Positions 11,444 to 24,744 are shown, numbered from the stretch's first letter. The stretch is 63,433 nt of DNA from Chlorokybus atmophyticus (GCA_009103225.1 RHPI01002368.1:963226-1026658); one strand, 5' to 3'. The notes: a model not told the origin generated them from the sequence alone. Numbers and translations: made by a program.

Positions 11444-14400
11444 CTATGCTCTGCAGGCAAATATGTTGAACTTCTCGGCAGCACGAGTGGCGTTGATCAT
11501 GCCGTAGCCCTGCAACAAGCACAGTATGGGTGAGGTCAGCACCCATTGAGAGACCGGCACACAACTACCAACACCAGACAGATGATGTGCGTGCGTGCAA
11601 GCATGCGTGGCAGTGATTAACCAATCTGTTGAGGACAATACGCACCGTTGCGTAATCGAAGCCGCGGTCAAATTTGGAGGTTCTTGGGTCATCCTGCAGC
11701 AGTGGTGAAACAGTGAGTGGGTGGGTGTGCCAGGAGCTAACCATGCACGCGTATGCAATGCGGACGGAACGCAAGGCACCCGCCAGAAACAGTTGTCGGT
11801 TCACTCAGGCGTATGCTCAAGGGCACCCCAAGTTCGCTGCAGATTGCAACCAAGCCAAGAGTTCTACATGCTGTTGCACGCTGCCAGTGTCTTGCACACG
11901 TAAGTGTAGATTGCTCTTCAACACATAACACACACGAACACGCACATGCTAACGAAAACACAAATACAAATGCACGTACCATGTCCTCCGCAGTGGAATA
12001 CAGTGCGGAGACAACTGCGTCTACAGTGAGGCCACGCGGGGACGTGCCAAACAGCAGTGCCGCCACGGCTGCAGCGTTCGGAGCCGCCGCACTCGTTCCC
12101 AAAAACTCTGGTCGTTTGTCACCATTGGTGTCGGCACCCGAAGCCGGAAAGAAGGTTGTGTCGATCTGAGCAGGGTAGAGGATGCAATGAGTGAGTCGGC
12201 AAGCAATATGTTCGCATTGCTATGTGTGCTGAAGGAACATAGGGGTACACGCATGCGGATGGACGCCACCCAACCCAACCCACCCCGTCGGGTGCCATGA
12301 TGAGGTTCTTGACCAATCGCTGCTTTGGTAGGCGCCTGCCAGCATCTGCAGGGCAGTAGATGGCGCTCACGGTCAGTCAATGACAGCAAACCTTGTGTGG
12401 CAATGGCTTGTCGGATAGAAAGCCTTTGCCATGGCAGTGCAATACACCTCACCCGTGAACAGCACAGGTGTGCCGACTGGCGACGAGAAGTATTCTCGCT
12501 TGGAGGTCTTTCCTGTGTACGCCCTGCATGCACAGCCAACACATTGACACACACTTTGACCACATACCCATCAAGCGATGACAACATAATCAACATGCAT
12601 ACCGTGCTGCTTGGTAGTTGACCGCACCAACAGCCACGCTCCCTGTTGTGGCCGGGTGGCCATAGCAAGTGGCCGAGTTGGTGATGAACTCGACAGGGCC
12701 AGACTGTAGTCCAGCAGAGTCAACGACGTACTTGAGAATCTTAGGCTTGACTCCCGCCACCCACTCTGCAACAGACAGACAGACACGCATGCGAGCATAA
12801 GCATCAATCTCATGATGACACAGCATGATAGGCTGCTGCTACTCACCGATGGTGATGGGCGCAATCTGGGGTTGTTTGGCATTGTTGTTCACGACCAATA
12901 TCTCAAACGCGTCGCCGCCGATGTTGCGGGTTGTGGCGGGATTCACAACTTGCAGCGACTTGTCGTTTTTGGGGATTTGGACGTGCATGTCGACATCAGT
13001 GCGGCAACCCTTTCCGCCGCTTACGGAGTAAAAGGGTTGATCCCTGTTGTGTGACAGCACAAGCCAAGCGGTCTTAGTTTCGCTGCCTCTGCGTGCGTAC
13101 ATGCATGTGTATGTCCGTGTGTGACTCAACATCTCAACATAAGCCTTCAAGCTCGCAGCTGCAGGCCAGGAGGGTTGTGGCTAAAGGTATGATACATGCA
13201 TATGCCGCCTACCAGTTGAGGGCAATGATGGTTACGCCTGGGCCGAATTGGAAACGCTGGCTGGTAATTTTTTGCGAGCCGCGCACGCCAAAGCGATGAC
13301 GCTTGCTGCCCCGGATAACACCCCCGACACCACTGTCCACAAAGTCTGATGCCACAAAACACACGTACGTGAGCACAAACAAACATTGTGCCTATGTGGA
13401 CGCTGTGTCCGACTGTGCATGTAGAGAATCAGCCATGCACACACATATACCTGCGCGGTACGAGAGGAAGGCACCGTTACCTGCCAGCAGCGAAACCATT
13501 TAGTACATAACTCGCAACCAAATGTCAACGTAAACGCAAACAGCAAGTGAACTTACCAGATGAAGAGAAGTATGCCACGCCACGCGAACGGACCCGGTTG
13601 ACGGACTGCGCAATGATCCCGTTCTGCGTGCACAAGTGTATTACACATCAGCTTTGGCTTGACAGCGTCGTTCGTGGCTTGCAGTAGCCGGCTTGACACA
13701 AAATCTCAGCAACACTCTCAGCAGCACTAGGGTCACGGCTGGTGCAGCCTATACGCATACGCAATACCTGTTCTATACAAGAATCATACATACACTTTAC
13801 CTGGAACATGGGCTCGGCTCTGTAGAGCACATCGTCTACTATGACACGGCATCCAGCGTTCGCCAAGCTGCGGTTTGCACGACCATGTGGTCAGTAAACT
13901 GCGCTAAGCTCATGAGCACTCCATGGTGCATTACAACAGCATCAGCGTGCGAGCACACTCACGCTTGAATGCCATGCGCGAAGTCGGCCTCGCCGCTGGA
14001 CACTGCGTAAAAGGCGAGCTTCGCGTTGGGGGCGACGGCATGCACCAGTTGCAGCATGGCGCGGCCTTCATCAGTGCCTTGATCTGTATGTTGCACAAGT
14101 TAAGAATAGCAGCACCACATGTCGCCTCACTGATGTCCATCACTCACCGTAGTCAGACAACACCTGCACACCCTTAGGAAGCGCATTCGCTGCTATGTCG
14201 TTATAGTATCCACCGAGACTATGGTGTCGCCCCACATACGAAAAGTCATCCTCAGACACATTCAACGGGCGCACTCCTAATACATGACCAAAGCGGTATG
14301 CTGTGTTGCATACAGTCCAGTAGCGCAGCACATGTGCGCAAGAGGCAAGAGTCCAAACAAACAGTACAAAGCTAAAAGCTGCGACCTGTTGAACGAGTCC

Positions 14401-15227
14401 GACATCACACCCACTTTGACTGGGCGCCTCCAGCTGCCTTGCAACCTGAGCGACACGGACATCGCCCGGGAGCCTTGTCTGCTTTGCTGTACGTGATTGA
14501 GCGAGCAAGCGTGTGAGCATACTGGACACCCTATCGCGAATGCAACACCAGCGTGTACATATAATTAAAGCCCACTACCCACAAGTCGCATAACTTTTTT
14601 GCGAACCTGGTTGAATGTGACCATACTCTCGTGTATGTGGTGCAGGCTTTTGCAATTGTCCAGCTGGCAGAAGAAGAGGGTTAGAGGTGAGGTGAGTGCG
14701 AAACATGTTGCGAGTTGGTTGTTGTGGCTGTAATGAGCGGGCACAGACAAGCTTGGCTGGGTTGTCTTTTCGCACCTGCCCAAGTGCTTTGACGGGCAGC
14801 CAGCCAGAAACAACTCGCCCATACGATATAATATGCTCTCCCCCAAGACTGACCAACTCGGTGGCAAGATCCTCAGCAGAACAGCCTTCCACAGCAGCTG
14901 CACACGCAGCCGCACGCAAGGCATGATGCAACAGCATGAGACAAGCATACCAAGGCGACTTGAAACAAGCCATGCAACAACAGATCAAGTATGTTGGAGG
15001 GTTGAGGCCATGCAAATACCAGCGGAGAAGCGCACAAGATTGCCGCGCACGTGTGAACTCAGGGCGGCTGCAGTGGCGCCCAAATGCTGCTGGTCACCAT
15101 CTGTACTGTGCCTAGCATGGAGCGCCTGCAGGCCTGCGCTCACGGAGGGTTGCGCCGCTGCCTGGGCGGCCGCTACGCCCAGCAGCGTCAAGACCAACCA
15201 CGCCGCAGCCGCAGAAGCTGGCGCCAT
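11444..15227 (-). CDS. Secreted S8/S53-clan subtilase, bacterial-type variant, paralog 1 (17 exons, about 600 aa)
   Basis: Signal peptide MAPASAAAAWLVLTLLGVAAAQAAAQ, then a propeptide-like region. Motifs: VKVGVMSDSFN, GTDEGRAMLQLVHAVAP, CRVIVDDVLYRAEPMFQNGIIAQ, YFSSSG|N, GSVAVGAVNY, EFLGTSAAAPNAAAVAALL, GYGMINA. All junctions I checked are GT-AG and in frame. Stop TAG at 11444-11446. Confidence 0.85.
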
Positions 15228-15416
15228 GCTGCTGGCTGCTGCTGGACAAACACACAGAAGAAGGAAATTGGGCAGAGTGAGCATAAACACAGCCTGTGGG
15301 AGAGCAAGCCAGTAACTACAGCCAACCAATGCATGCATGTGTAGACAGCCATAGCCATGGCTATCGGCAGTGCAAATCACCTGGCCTCTGGCGGCGGCGA
15401 CAGCGGCAGCAACTGG

Positions 15417-15473
15417 CAAGCTGACGCTGATGGCGAAGCTGACGCTGATGGTGAAGCTGAAACGCTGATGAGT
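15417..15473. repeat. 18-bp tandem repeat x3 upstream (probable 5' UTR) of subtilase paralog 1
   Basis: aagctgacgctgatggcg / aagctgacgctgatggtg / aagctgaaacgctgatgag. Confidence 0.8.
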
Positions 15474-16503
15474 TAAGCCGGCAAGCAGCGAGCGACTTGG
15501 CAAGCACAGCACGGCAGATCTGCGATGCCCAGCGTGCCATGCAAACCACCATCATGATTGCAAGGCAGCGTCTGCTCTCAGATGCCGCATGCATGCACAC
15601 GTGCACTTCAGTCTGGCATGTCACATGCGTTTGATCAAGTTGTCACGTGTCATTACATCATTCGTAAGCTCTAGCCCTTAAAGAAGTTTACAGCTGGCTT
15701 GGTGGTTGGCCGGATGGCATTGCAATGCATGACGAAGAATGCATTTCTATCTGATGGTATATGTTACTACTTTGCCCACTTCCACTTTGCATGCCTGAGC
15801 AATTGTTGAAGTTAAAGACTTGCGATAAATCAAGATAGTTGCCATGATGCGTAAAGCAAGAGTGTTGTAGTTATAAAGTTCATCTGAATGTAAGCAGCTG
15901 TGTTTGCACCATTTGCCCATATATGTGTTGGTAACCCTTATGTTATGCTGCACCCAAGCTATGAGCTGCTTCAACAGATAACATGGCAGGAAAGCCAAGC
16001 TAGATTTTTGATGTTTGAGTTATGTATATCATGTGTCAAGATGGGGAGAGCATCAACATCATCTTACATACGAGCATAAAGGTACCTCTATAAAGCCCCC
16101 TTCTGAAATTTAACTTGCAGCATCTGTTAGCATCAGGGGGGGGTTATTATAACGGAATTACCGACAAATTCTATCACTTGTATTGAAAAGCAGCAGAACA
16201 GAGTTACATGTCAAAAATCTGCTTTGAAATGCTAATTTCAGCAAGAATAGTATAATGGTGACGGATTTGCGGATGAGGTAAAAGTTGTCCTCACTACCGT
16301 TGTTGGTAATGCAGTGTTCAAGCTATATATCACATGTTATAAGCTCGTCGCTTGATGTGTGATTACAAATGACTCACTGCATGTGGCAATTATCACACCG
16401 TGTGCCATATAATACATGTGCATCTTGAGTAGTTATAGCAAGCGCGTATTTATTCAGCCGTAACGAGCGGTGCGGCTGATTGGGCGGGGCGACCGGCATT
16501 AGA

Positions 16504-16555
16504 GCATACGCAAACCTCACCCCGAGGGCATACGCAAACCTCACCCCGAGGGCAT
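16504..16555. repeat. 24-bp tandem duplication
   Basis: gcatacgcaaacctcaccccgagg occurs twice in direct succession. Confidence 0.9.
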
Positions 16556-18159
16556 CACATGCGGCACCCGCGACTGCCGGGCTGCGCGGCCCGCATGCCG
16601 CTCATTGGCTAGGCGGCGTGTATCAACTATCAGCCATTCGATCTGTTAATCTCGACCGTCCAAAGTACATCCCCACTTCATGCAACTGCTCAAAATATAT
16701 GCGAATAAATATCAATAATCAGCACAACGTGCACGAGGCACATGCCGGCATATTGTTGCATATGGCCCATATGATTTCAGATGTAGCACACTTATTCAAG
16801 GTGGCAAAGCAATATCTCTGATGTGTTGCAACATGAGGCACATATGTTGCGATATGAATACATATGCTGTAATATGGTGCAATATGGTGCAATTTGGTTA
16901 GCAACCTGCAGTTAAGTGTTTCAAAACTTAACATTCACGATGTGTTCACGCCACGGTACGTGCTGCGATACTCAGTAAGTGATGCCGAGGTTACAACCAC
17001 CACAATAATGCTAACCGGAATTACCTTGACGTTAAAATTTAACCAAACAAAAAATTGCACCGTTAGGCCATCATTTGGTCACGCATGAGATTGATGCAAT
17101 GGGATCGCAACGGTGACAACAGCCGTTGCTGCAAAAGGCAGCGAAATGGCCAATCATTGCAAAAATGCGTAAAAGATGCTGGAAAATATCTCAGCGGCAA
17201 CTGCTAACCAAAGGCGACCCAAAATTGCTAGGGACTCGGTGCAACTGCAGCACAGTTAATAGTTGAAATGGCCGCGTTTTTGGCGGTACGAGGTCGAGGC
17301 AGGCCCCATACCCAAGGACATGCCGCCACTACTCATCCTCGTTCCAACCAATCCACACTAGTATATAACGCTAATTGATTACATGCTATAGTTACTGCGT
17401 CATCAAATATGGACAACAGCCGAATAAGGTTGTACACATGTTGAATATCACAACCCACGCTACAAGCTTTGTATTTGTTGCAAATCCACTCCAGAACGCC
17501 AGAATCTGGGGTTGTGTCTTATGTTATTGGTTTGTTTTCATATACAAATCACAACCAAAACAATAAAAGCCATTAATGCCTTATAAAAGCATAAGTAGAG
17601 TAAACTTAATTGATATCATGCTCTTAATTTGTGTTTGTTGATTTGTTTCTGTTAGAATGCCTAGCTCCGGACCTTAATTTGATACGACGGAGTCCTTCTG
17701 GGGACTTCATCAGTTCTATTATAGACTACTAAGTACTTTTACTACTAAGTCGTACTGCTAAGTCTTCTATTCTCATGAAGTGGCTTTCAGCCGACAGAAA
17801 GCGAATCAACGACCAGCGCCAGTTCGGTCACTTGCAGCGAGGTCACCCGAAAGTGAACTCGACTGTCCATGCCGCGTCGGTCGTGGGGCAAGGAACGAAA
17901 CCCAGCCCCGTCGCTCTCTCGCGGTCGAAGCACCATTACCAAGTCGGCTACCCCCCTTTGCGATAATTGCATGTTTGATTGTCATGTAAGGTTGCCCTTA
18001 CGAAATTGTGTTGTATTGAGATTATGCGTTAGGCTACGAACAAATGTAACGACAACAAAGTCAACACAATTTTGCATCATATTCAATATCATACCCGTAT
18101 TGCGCTATCATAGGTTGTATTAAATTTGGTTAAATCAATTATATTATGAATGTATATTA

Positions 18160-18900
18160 ATGTCATGCAAGCAAGCTTCGACTGCGGGGTTTGTCTTGCA
18201 GAGGGAGTGTAGCGTACAGCGGTGGCCACGCTAAGAGGTTAACACAAGAATGCATTAGAAAGACAGAGCACCCAAGGGCAAGATGATAGCAGGGAAAAGG
18301 TATTCAGCAAGGAACTTCGGGCAACCACTCTTACAAATCCAACTCTCATATAAGGCAGCATGCATGCATGCGGTTCACCTAGACTGATGGTGATGTTCGA
18401 AAGTGTTGACAGGAACGCCGTCGCTTCCGCGCCAATCCGCTTATTTGCAACTTACTACTGACTGATTCCTTAAGGTTTGCTTCAGGAAGCTGTCGATGTC
18501 GGCCGCCGTCACAACTCTCGTTTCTCATTGGCTGACACCTAAGGAGGTGTCGACGGGTCTTGTCACGCTGTACATGCCACTTGTGACTGGTTGAACCGAT
18601 TCTGATGCTGGTGGGGGCGCACAAGGGGTGCAAGGGGGAAGTGCCGAGGGTCAACGCCGTGTGACAGCTAGCGTGCAAGCAAGCCTCGACTGCGCGGTTT
18701 GTCTCGCGGAGGGAGTGCGTACAGTGGGGGGCACAAGTGAAGAATAGGTAGCGCTGCCGTACAGCTTGTGAAGGGGGTAAGTAAAGAGCTTGGGAGATGC
18801 GGTAATTGGTGATGAGGTGGTAGGCGCAGGGGACAGTGGTAAGGGGAAAACAAAGTGTGTAGTTTTCATATGCTTGGTACGAGGTTGTAGTCACTCAACA
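18160..18900 (-). repeat. 3' LTR of the Gypsy element (left boundary approximate)
   Basis: Begins TG at 18900 right after the PPT and is homologous to 30015-30475. It contains an internal ~55-bp direct repeat (~18165 and ~18668). Confidence 0.7.
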
Positions 18901-21364
18901 AGCTTCCCCTCTCGCCTGATGATCATTGGCGTCCCCGCAATGAGCTTGGCTCTTGTGACAGCGCCATGGCTGGCTGACAAAGGAAGATGCCACATTGGGA
19001 TCGATGGCAGCAGACGTAACACCGAGCCTACAAGCCTCATGGCAATATTTCCAGCAGGTGTCGCACTCTTTTAAAGGGCGACGATCCGAAGCGCAGCCGG
19101 TGCACAGCATGGTCCGAACCTGTTGGCGAGGTCTGGCGAGACCTTCAACATACGGGAGGTGACAAGGGAAGCAGTTCCGCACATGGTCCACTTTAATGTT
19201 ACCGGAAGGACGGAGTGCCTTGTGCGCGCACTTGTACCACCTTGTATACGGAACCGTAGTTTGCAGGGTCAAGAGTATTGGTAGACTGCTTCTTGCGGTA
19301 GACGTAGTCTCCAATGTAAAACTTGAAAGTTTGTGTCATATAGCCCTTGCTGCGTACGTTGTCGTGTGTGTGTGTGTGTGTGTGTGTAGCGCCGCTTGTC
19401 TCTCTGTTGCGCAGTCTTGAGGTTTGCGAGAGTCCTGCGCACGGACGCCTTAAGTTTTGTAGCGCGGGCTGTCAACACCTCCATCATGTGGGTAGATATG
19501 TTGATTAGGTCTTCCACCGCTTGCATGGCGGATGCAAAAAGGCATCAGTAATTCCCTCCCAAACACACATGGGGAAGTATGGGCTGAAGGAATGCAAGGC
19601 TGCTTGCCTTGTGCAGCGATTCCCGAGCGCGAGCCAGGGCATAAAATCATCCACTCTTCATGTCGGTGGGTAACATAGTAGCGACGAAGGACTTTTTTGA
19701 CTAGCCGCACCATCCACTCTGCAAGGCCGCCAGCATGCGCATGCGCATGATCACAGCATGCTTGCGAGGCGTGTCACCGTCGTATCGTGCGACAGTGGCA
19801 TCCACCATGTCTGGGTTGGGATTGAACTCAGGCCATCAGCATCGGTGTTTACGATGCCTGGGTTGTGGGTGATGGTGAAGTTGTATTCATGTAGCAGCAA
19901 AGCCGGTAAGTTTGTGGCTAATGAGAAGCCACTGCAGTGGCTAATGGTCTTTGACAAATTTGAACTGGTAGATAAAGAGGATTGCCGGAAAAAATGGTTG
20001 GCTTAAACAGCTGCAAGTTGCTCGTTCATAGCTGCTATAGTTGGCTTTCGCAGCGTTATTGATGCGACTGGCGTAAGCAATGACTTGTTCTTTGCCCTCG
20101 TTGTTCTTCTGGCAAAGCACCGCACCCAGCCCAAGCCGCGTCCATTCCGTATGGAGGATGAAGGGCTTGCTGTAGTCAAGGCGCGCTAGGATAGGAGCCA
20201 ATCTTAGGCGGCTCTTTGATGCCTCAAAGGCTTGCTGCTCGGCTTCTCCCCAATGCCAAGTGATGGCTTCTTCAGCAGGTCGTTGAGGGGTTTGGCCAAC
20301 CTGGAGACATTAAGGACAAACCGCCGGTAGTAGCCGGCAAGATCAAGGAAGGCACGAAGGCGCGAGATGTCTGTGGGCGGTGGCACCTTCAGCAACGTTA
20401 ACGCATCCACCTTTGCCTGCTGCATCATCCCCGTTGGGAACAATGAGGTGGCCGAGGTATGAAATCATGTCGGCAAGAAGGTACCCTTCTCAGGGTGTGC
20501 CGTAGGCCTGTGCTCCTTTAGTTGGTGCAACACCTTCATGATGTGCTGCAAATGGGCTTTAGCGGTATAGCTAAAAATGAGGATGTCATCGATGTAGCAC
20601 ATGAAGTTGTTTAACCCATGGAGGGTTCTATCCATCCCGCTTTCAAAGACAGCAGGTGCGTTCTTCAATCCAAAAGGCATGACCTTCCACTGATACAGTG
20701 TCCAACTGCCCCAAAATTTAGTCTTGCCCTTGTCCTCCGCCTTGGTGCCGATCAAATGAAACATATAGCGCATGTTCAACACCGAGGAGTACTTACAGGG
20801 GTACATGCGGTGACGGAACAATACCGTGTGATTGTTAAGATTCATGTACTCTCCACACATGCGCCACTGTGTCCACTGTCCTTGCTCATTCTTTATGTAG
20901 GGCATAACGGTGGCGGCTGCGTACTGGGTGCTGGGAGTTGCCTCCTCGACTAGTCATGCATCCAACAGCTTGATGCAATTGGTTTCAACTAGCTTTGTCT
21001 CGACCTTGGCCAACGGGTGCTGCTTGTGGAAAATGGGCCCAAGGGTGTCCAAGTCCATAGTGAACTCGTGAAAGTTGCACGTGCCCAAATCTTTGAGGGA
21101 GTGAGCAAACTGTGTCTAATGGTCTTTTAAAAGGGACTTCAACTTGTTCTCGACATTACCGGAGGCCATGCAACCGATGCACCACCCTTCCTGCTGAGGT
21201 TCGTCGCTGTGAGAAATGTCAAGTGCTTCCTCAAGTGTTTCAAGCTCAACGCCGTGAACAGCCATAGAGACGAGGATGGGTCCCTAATTTCAGCGGGTTC
21301 CCCCCTTAGCGGATGGCTCGGGGTGGTGACCTTGCAAGTAGCTGTGTTCAAGGGCCAAGCACGT

Positions 21365-22960
21365 CTTTTATAACATAATCATAGCTTCTGGTGCATGGCG
21401 CAACCAGGTAACTCTAGATAATCTCTTTCCGCCAGCTTGGGTGCATGGGTGATAGCTCCGGGCCAAAAGTCCATGGGTAACTCGGAACCTCAGTGACCAG
21501 AGGTTCGCGAAGGCAGTTGAAATTGCTATCTCAAACCATACCAATGTTGCCTTTGCGAAAGGAATGTGAGCCAAGGTAGGCCACAAATGTTGGCAAGACA
21601 GCCATAAGATGTCCCACCTTGTTGCATTGTTGGAAGTGTTTATAGTTCGGCCGAGTGACTGGTTGAGGTGTAGTTTCGGCAGCCAAGATGTTTTATACTA
21701 ACAAGCCAGGGGGCCTAACGGGCAGAAGCTGTACCATTGCCAAGTCTGTCACATTGGCAGGCTCGTCCATTTGCCTCACAAGCGATGCGCACGTGAGCCG
21801 TGGGCGGCAGCGTCAACAACAACAGGTGTGCCGAGCATGGTACAGACTTGTTCATAGTTGATGCATACGCTGCTACGCCGGCCATCTTGAGCGCATACTT
21901 TTTCAAGAATATATACAAGGGGTCGGTCAGGTTGCTATTGCTGAAGTGTACGGATGATGCGGACTATCTCCATAAACAGCTTAAATCGTGGAATGCAAGC
22001 AAAGTGCCTTGGCGGCTCGTGTGTGTTTTTGCGATGCGCACGCGAGCCGTGGGCGGCAGCGTCAACAACAACAGGTGTGCCGAGCATGGTACAGACTTGT
22101 TCATAGTTGATGCATACGCTGCTACGCCGGCCATCCTGAGCGCATACTTTTTCAAGAATATATACAAGGGGTCGGTCAGGTTGCTATTGCTAAAAAGTAC
22201 GGATGATGCGGACTATGTCCATAAACAGCTTAAATCGTGGAATGCAAGCAAAGTGCCTTGGCGGCTCGTGTGTGTCATTGACATTCCCATCCCACAATGA
22301 CGAGGTCGACACCTTTTAGTGACAGAAGGTGTTCCCCCATGATAAGGTGGATGTCCTGAGGCAAGGCGCGAAAGCTGCCTGCAGTTGCAAACGTTTCCAG
22401 CAGTGGCAACCTACTGCGCATCTGAAGCAGGTAGTGACACACAGCTGTTTGTGCTTGCTGGCTTGGGTTAGTAGTAGAAGTACTTGCTGATTGGTATGCC
22501 TGCACTTAGCACTGATGCCAAGCCACTTCCCACTCCTCAAATCAATTTCAAATTAGTATTGCCGTTGCGGCGTCACCGTGACGTCAACCGCACGGTAGAC
22601 AAGTTCAGCTGACGCAGAGGGTCGCCGGGCACAGGTGGCGACGTAGCTAGATATAGTAGCCACGTGCTGCAATTACCTGAGCGAGTTGACGGAAAAGTGC
22701 AGGGTCTTGCTTGGCTACTTTACAAGGAGCCTTAATGAACGGAGTGTATGCCTTACCACGTACTCCACAGCGTGGGTCGCTTAATGTGGACAAAGCGGTA
22801 GCAACTCCTGCCTGTGCGGCTTGCACAACTCCTGTTGAGGACATGTGCGACAATGTCATCGCCACATCTGTATGAATAAATACCTCTCCCCCCAAGCTAA
22901 CAACAACGAACCAATTGGCAGTGTTGGTCAAGCTGACTCAAGCTACCTTAATGTGTGGCT
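21365..22960 (-). mobile_element. 5'-truncated, decayed non-LTR (LINE-like) fragment inserted into Gypsy pol between protease and RT
   Basis: It interrupts the Gypsy reading frame. Broken frames give an RNase H-like segment (EVFIHTDV..ALFRQLAQVIAARG) and a LINE-type C-terminus (FCPLG..W..L...ANLWSLR), ending at TAA ~21368. Boundaries are approximate. Confidence 0.5.
21782..22279. repeat. 249-bp tandem duplication inside the LINE-like fragment
   Basis: gcgatgcgcacg(t/c)gagccgtgggcggcagc starts at 21782 and at 22031. The two units are nearly identical. Confidence 0.95.
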
Positions 22961-23106
22961 AACTCTCACGAAGGTGTACATTGACAATTGAATACGTGCG
23001 CAGCGAAGGCCCACTATCAGACCTGTGCATATAAGGAGATTCCCTCCCCCCCCCCTCCCCCCCCCTGCTGTAACATGCATAACACTTACGAATGACGGTG
23101 CGTGGC

Positions 23107-23624
23107 TGTAACGGGAAGGTACAATAGATTACTACAAATCGATCATAGAAGCACCAAGTCGTTCATGGTCGAGTGGGCTGTGACATTGGTCATCGGAGCT
23201 TGAGACCCGGGTTCAATTCCTGCCGTGCACACGAATTCCGTGGTCGTTGTTTCTCGATCCAGTAATGTCATAAATGGTCACTTCATAAGTGCCATCATCG
23301 ATGGGTCGCGACTTGCCTTATGGCAGTCGTGCCGACGTTCAATTGGCGCGGCAAGACGCGAATTGCCTGTCGCGATGCGACCTGTGGCGCTGGCAGCGGC
23401 GCACTATGCGCGCGTCGACCGGTATGGGCCTAAATTGGCCGGTCGTTGGCTGTGGGGCCGGTGACCGACCCTGACAAACCCCTGGGATGATTCCCCAGCT
23501 GAGCGTGGGCAGCTGCCGAGGACATCAACGTTTTTAGTGGGGGGGAATGTAATGGGAAGGTACATTAGATTACCACAAATCGATCATGAAAGCACCAAGT
23601 CTTTTATGGTCGAGTGGGCTGACA
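23107..23624 (+). mobile_element. TRIM-like non-autonomous LTR element, copy A
   Basis: LTRs TGTAA...GACA at 23107-23185 and 23548-23624. Perfect 5-bp TSD GTGGC (23102-23106 and 23625-23629). PBS-like TTGGTCATCGGAGC after the 5' LTR and PPT AGTGGGGGGGAA before the 3' LTR. No coding domain. Confidence 0.9.
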
Positions 23625-24694
23625 GTGGCGCCTAAGGTGCGATATGATCCTTTTCAAAAAGGTACAAGCTGTAACACGGGGCAGCATTGGCGCGTCGAGA
23701 AGGAATGGCTGTAAGAGGATACTGTCAAGAGGTGCCTAGGCGTATGGGAATAGCTGCGGGGGTTCATCCATCTCCCTGATGCTAGCGTGGTTGGAAGAGT
23801 GCGTGCTCTATCCATGTGCCGATTGCCGCACCGATAGGATCAAGCCTCCATGCCAACCAGTTTGTCAAACAGTTGTGAGACAGAGATGAGGCAGAACACA
23901 CTCAAAACAGTGGTCTCCGCTCGTTCAAAAGCAGTGAAGCGCAACGGCATGCGCTAGCGTGTCTCTCCTCTTGTTGTTGCCAGACCGCCTTGGGCGGTAC
24001 GATTCTCATTAGAAGATATATGGCAATCATCGAGGTCGATGCCGAGGCGTTCAGCAGCCCGCCAGCCCAAGGTGACTGGTTGTGCGCCGGTGTTCAATAA
24101 CACGTGGCGAGGGGACTAATGGTGGTGCGCAAAAGTGACATGATCTAGAAGTTTGTTAACCATGCCGATGTTTGGGCGCAAGCGAAGCCGATCTGATGTG
24201 TGAGGGGCCCCGCAAAGGTTTAACACTGATGGGGTGACAGCACTGTGTAAAGTAGTGCTGGTGGCTGGTGTTTCAGTGAGCACGACGAGTGCAGCCTGTG
24301 GTTCATCTTCTTGCGTGGGTGAAGCTGAATCCTCCTCCTCAACTTCGGGTTCTCCCTCGGTCGAGGACTCCCCCTCGGCGGAAGAGGCCTGCTCTTCTGA
24401 GGGAGAAGGTGGGTCACTGGTGGAGCGGGTGGCGCTGATCCGCCATCGTAGTCAGGTTGGTTGCGAGAGGCATGCTCCCGTCGCTGGTTGCGATGATCCC
24501 TGTAGGCTGTGACGGGAGCATTGGAAAGAAGGGCCACGTAGGCTGCCACCAGGTCACGCTCCGTATCGCTGAGTTTTCGGCCGCTGTTTAGGATCACCTC
24601 CTCATGGATTCCCTCTCTGCCTCATGGTTGGGTATCCATTACTTGTCGCAGGTCACGCGTCTCCTGATCATCTTCGTGATGGAAGATTGCTCTC

Positions 24695-24744
24695 TCTAGA
24701 AGCATGCTTGTCGCAAGCATGCTTGTCGCAAGCATGCTTCTAGA
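24695..24744. repeat. Triple AAGCATGCTT palindrome (15-bp period) bounded by inverted TCTAGA
   Basis: tctagaagcatgcttgtcgcaagcatgcttgtcgcaagcatgcttctaga. Confidence 0.85.

Noticed and set aside
23159-23232. Functional tRNA gene inside the TRIM (also ~43665-43740)
   Set aside because: The A and B boxes are present, but the acceptor and anticodon stems do not pair, so it is tRNA-derived at most.
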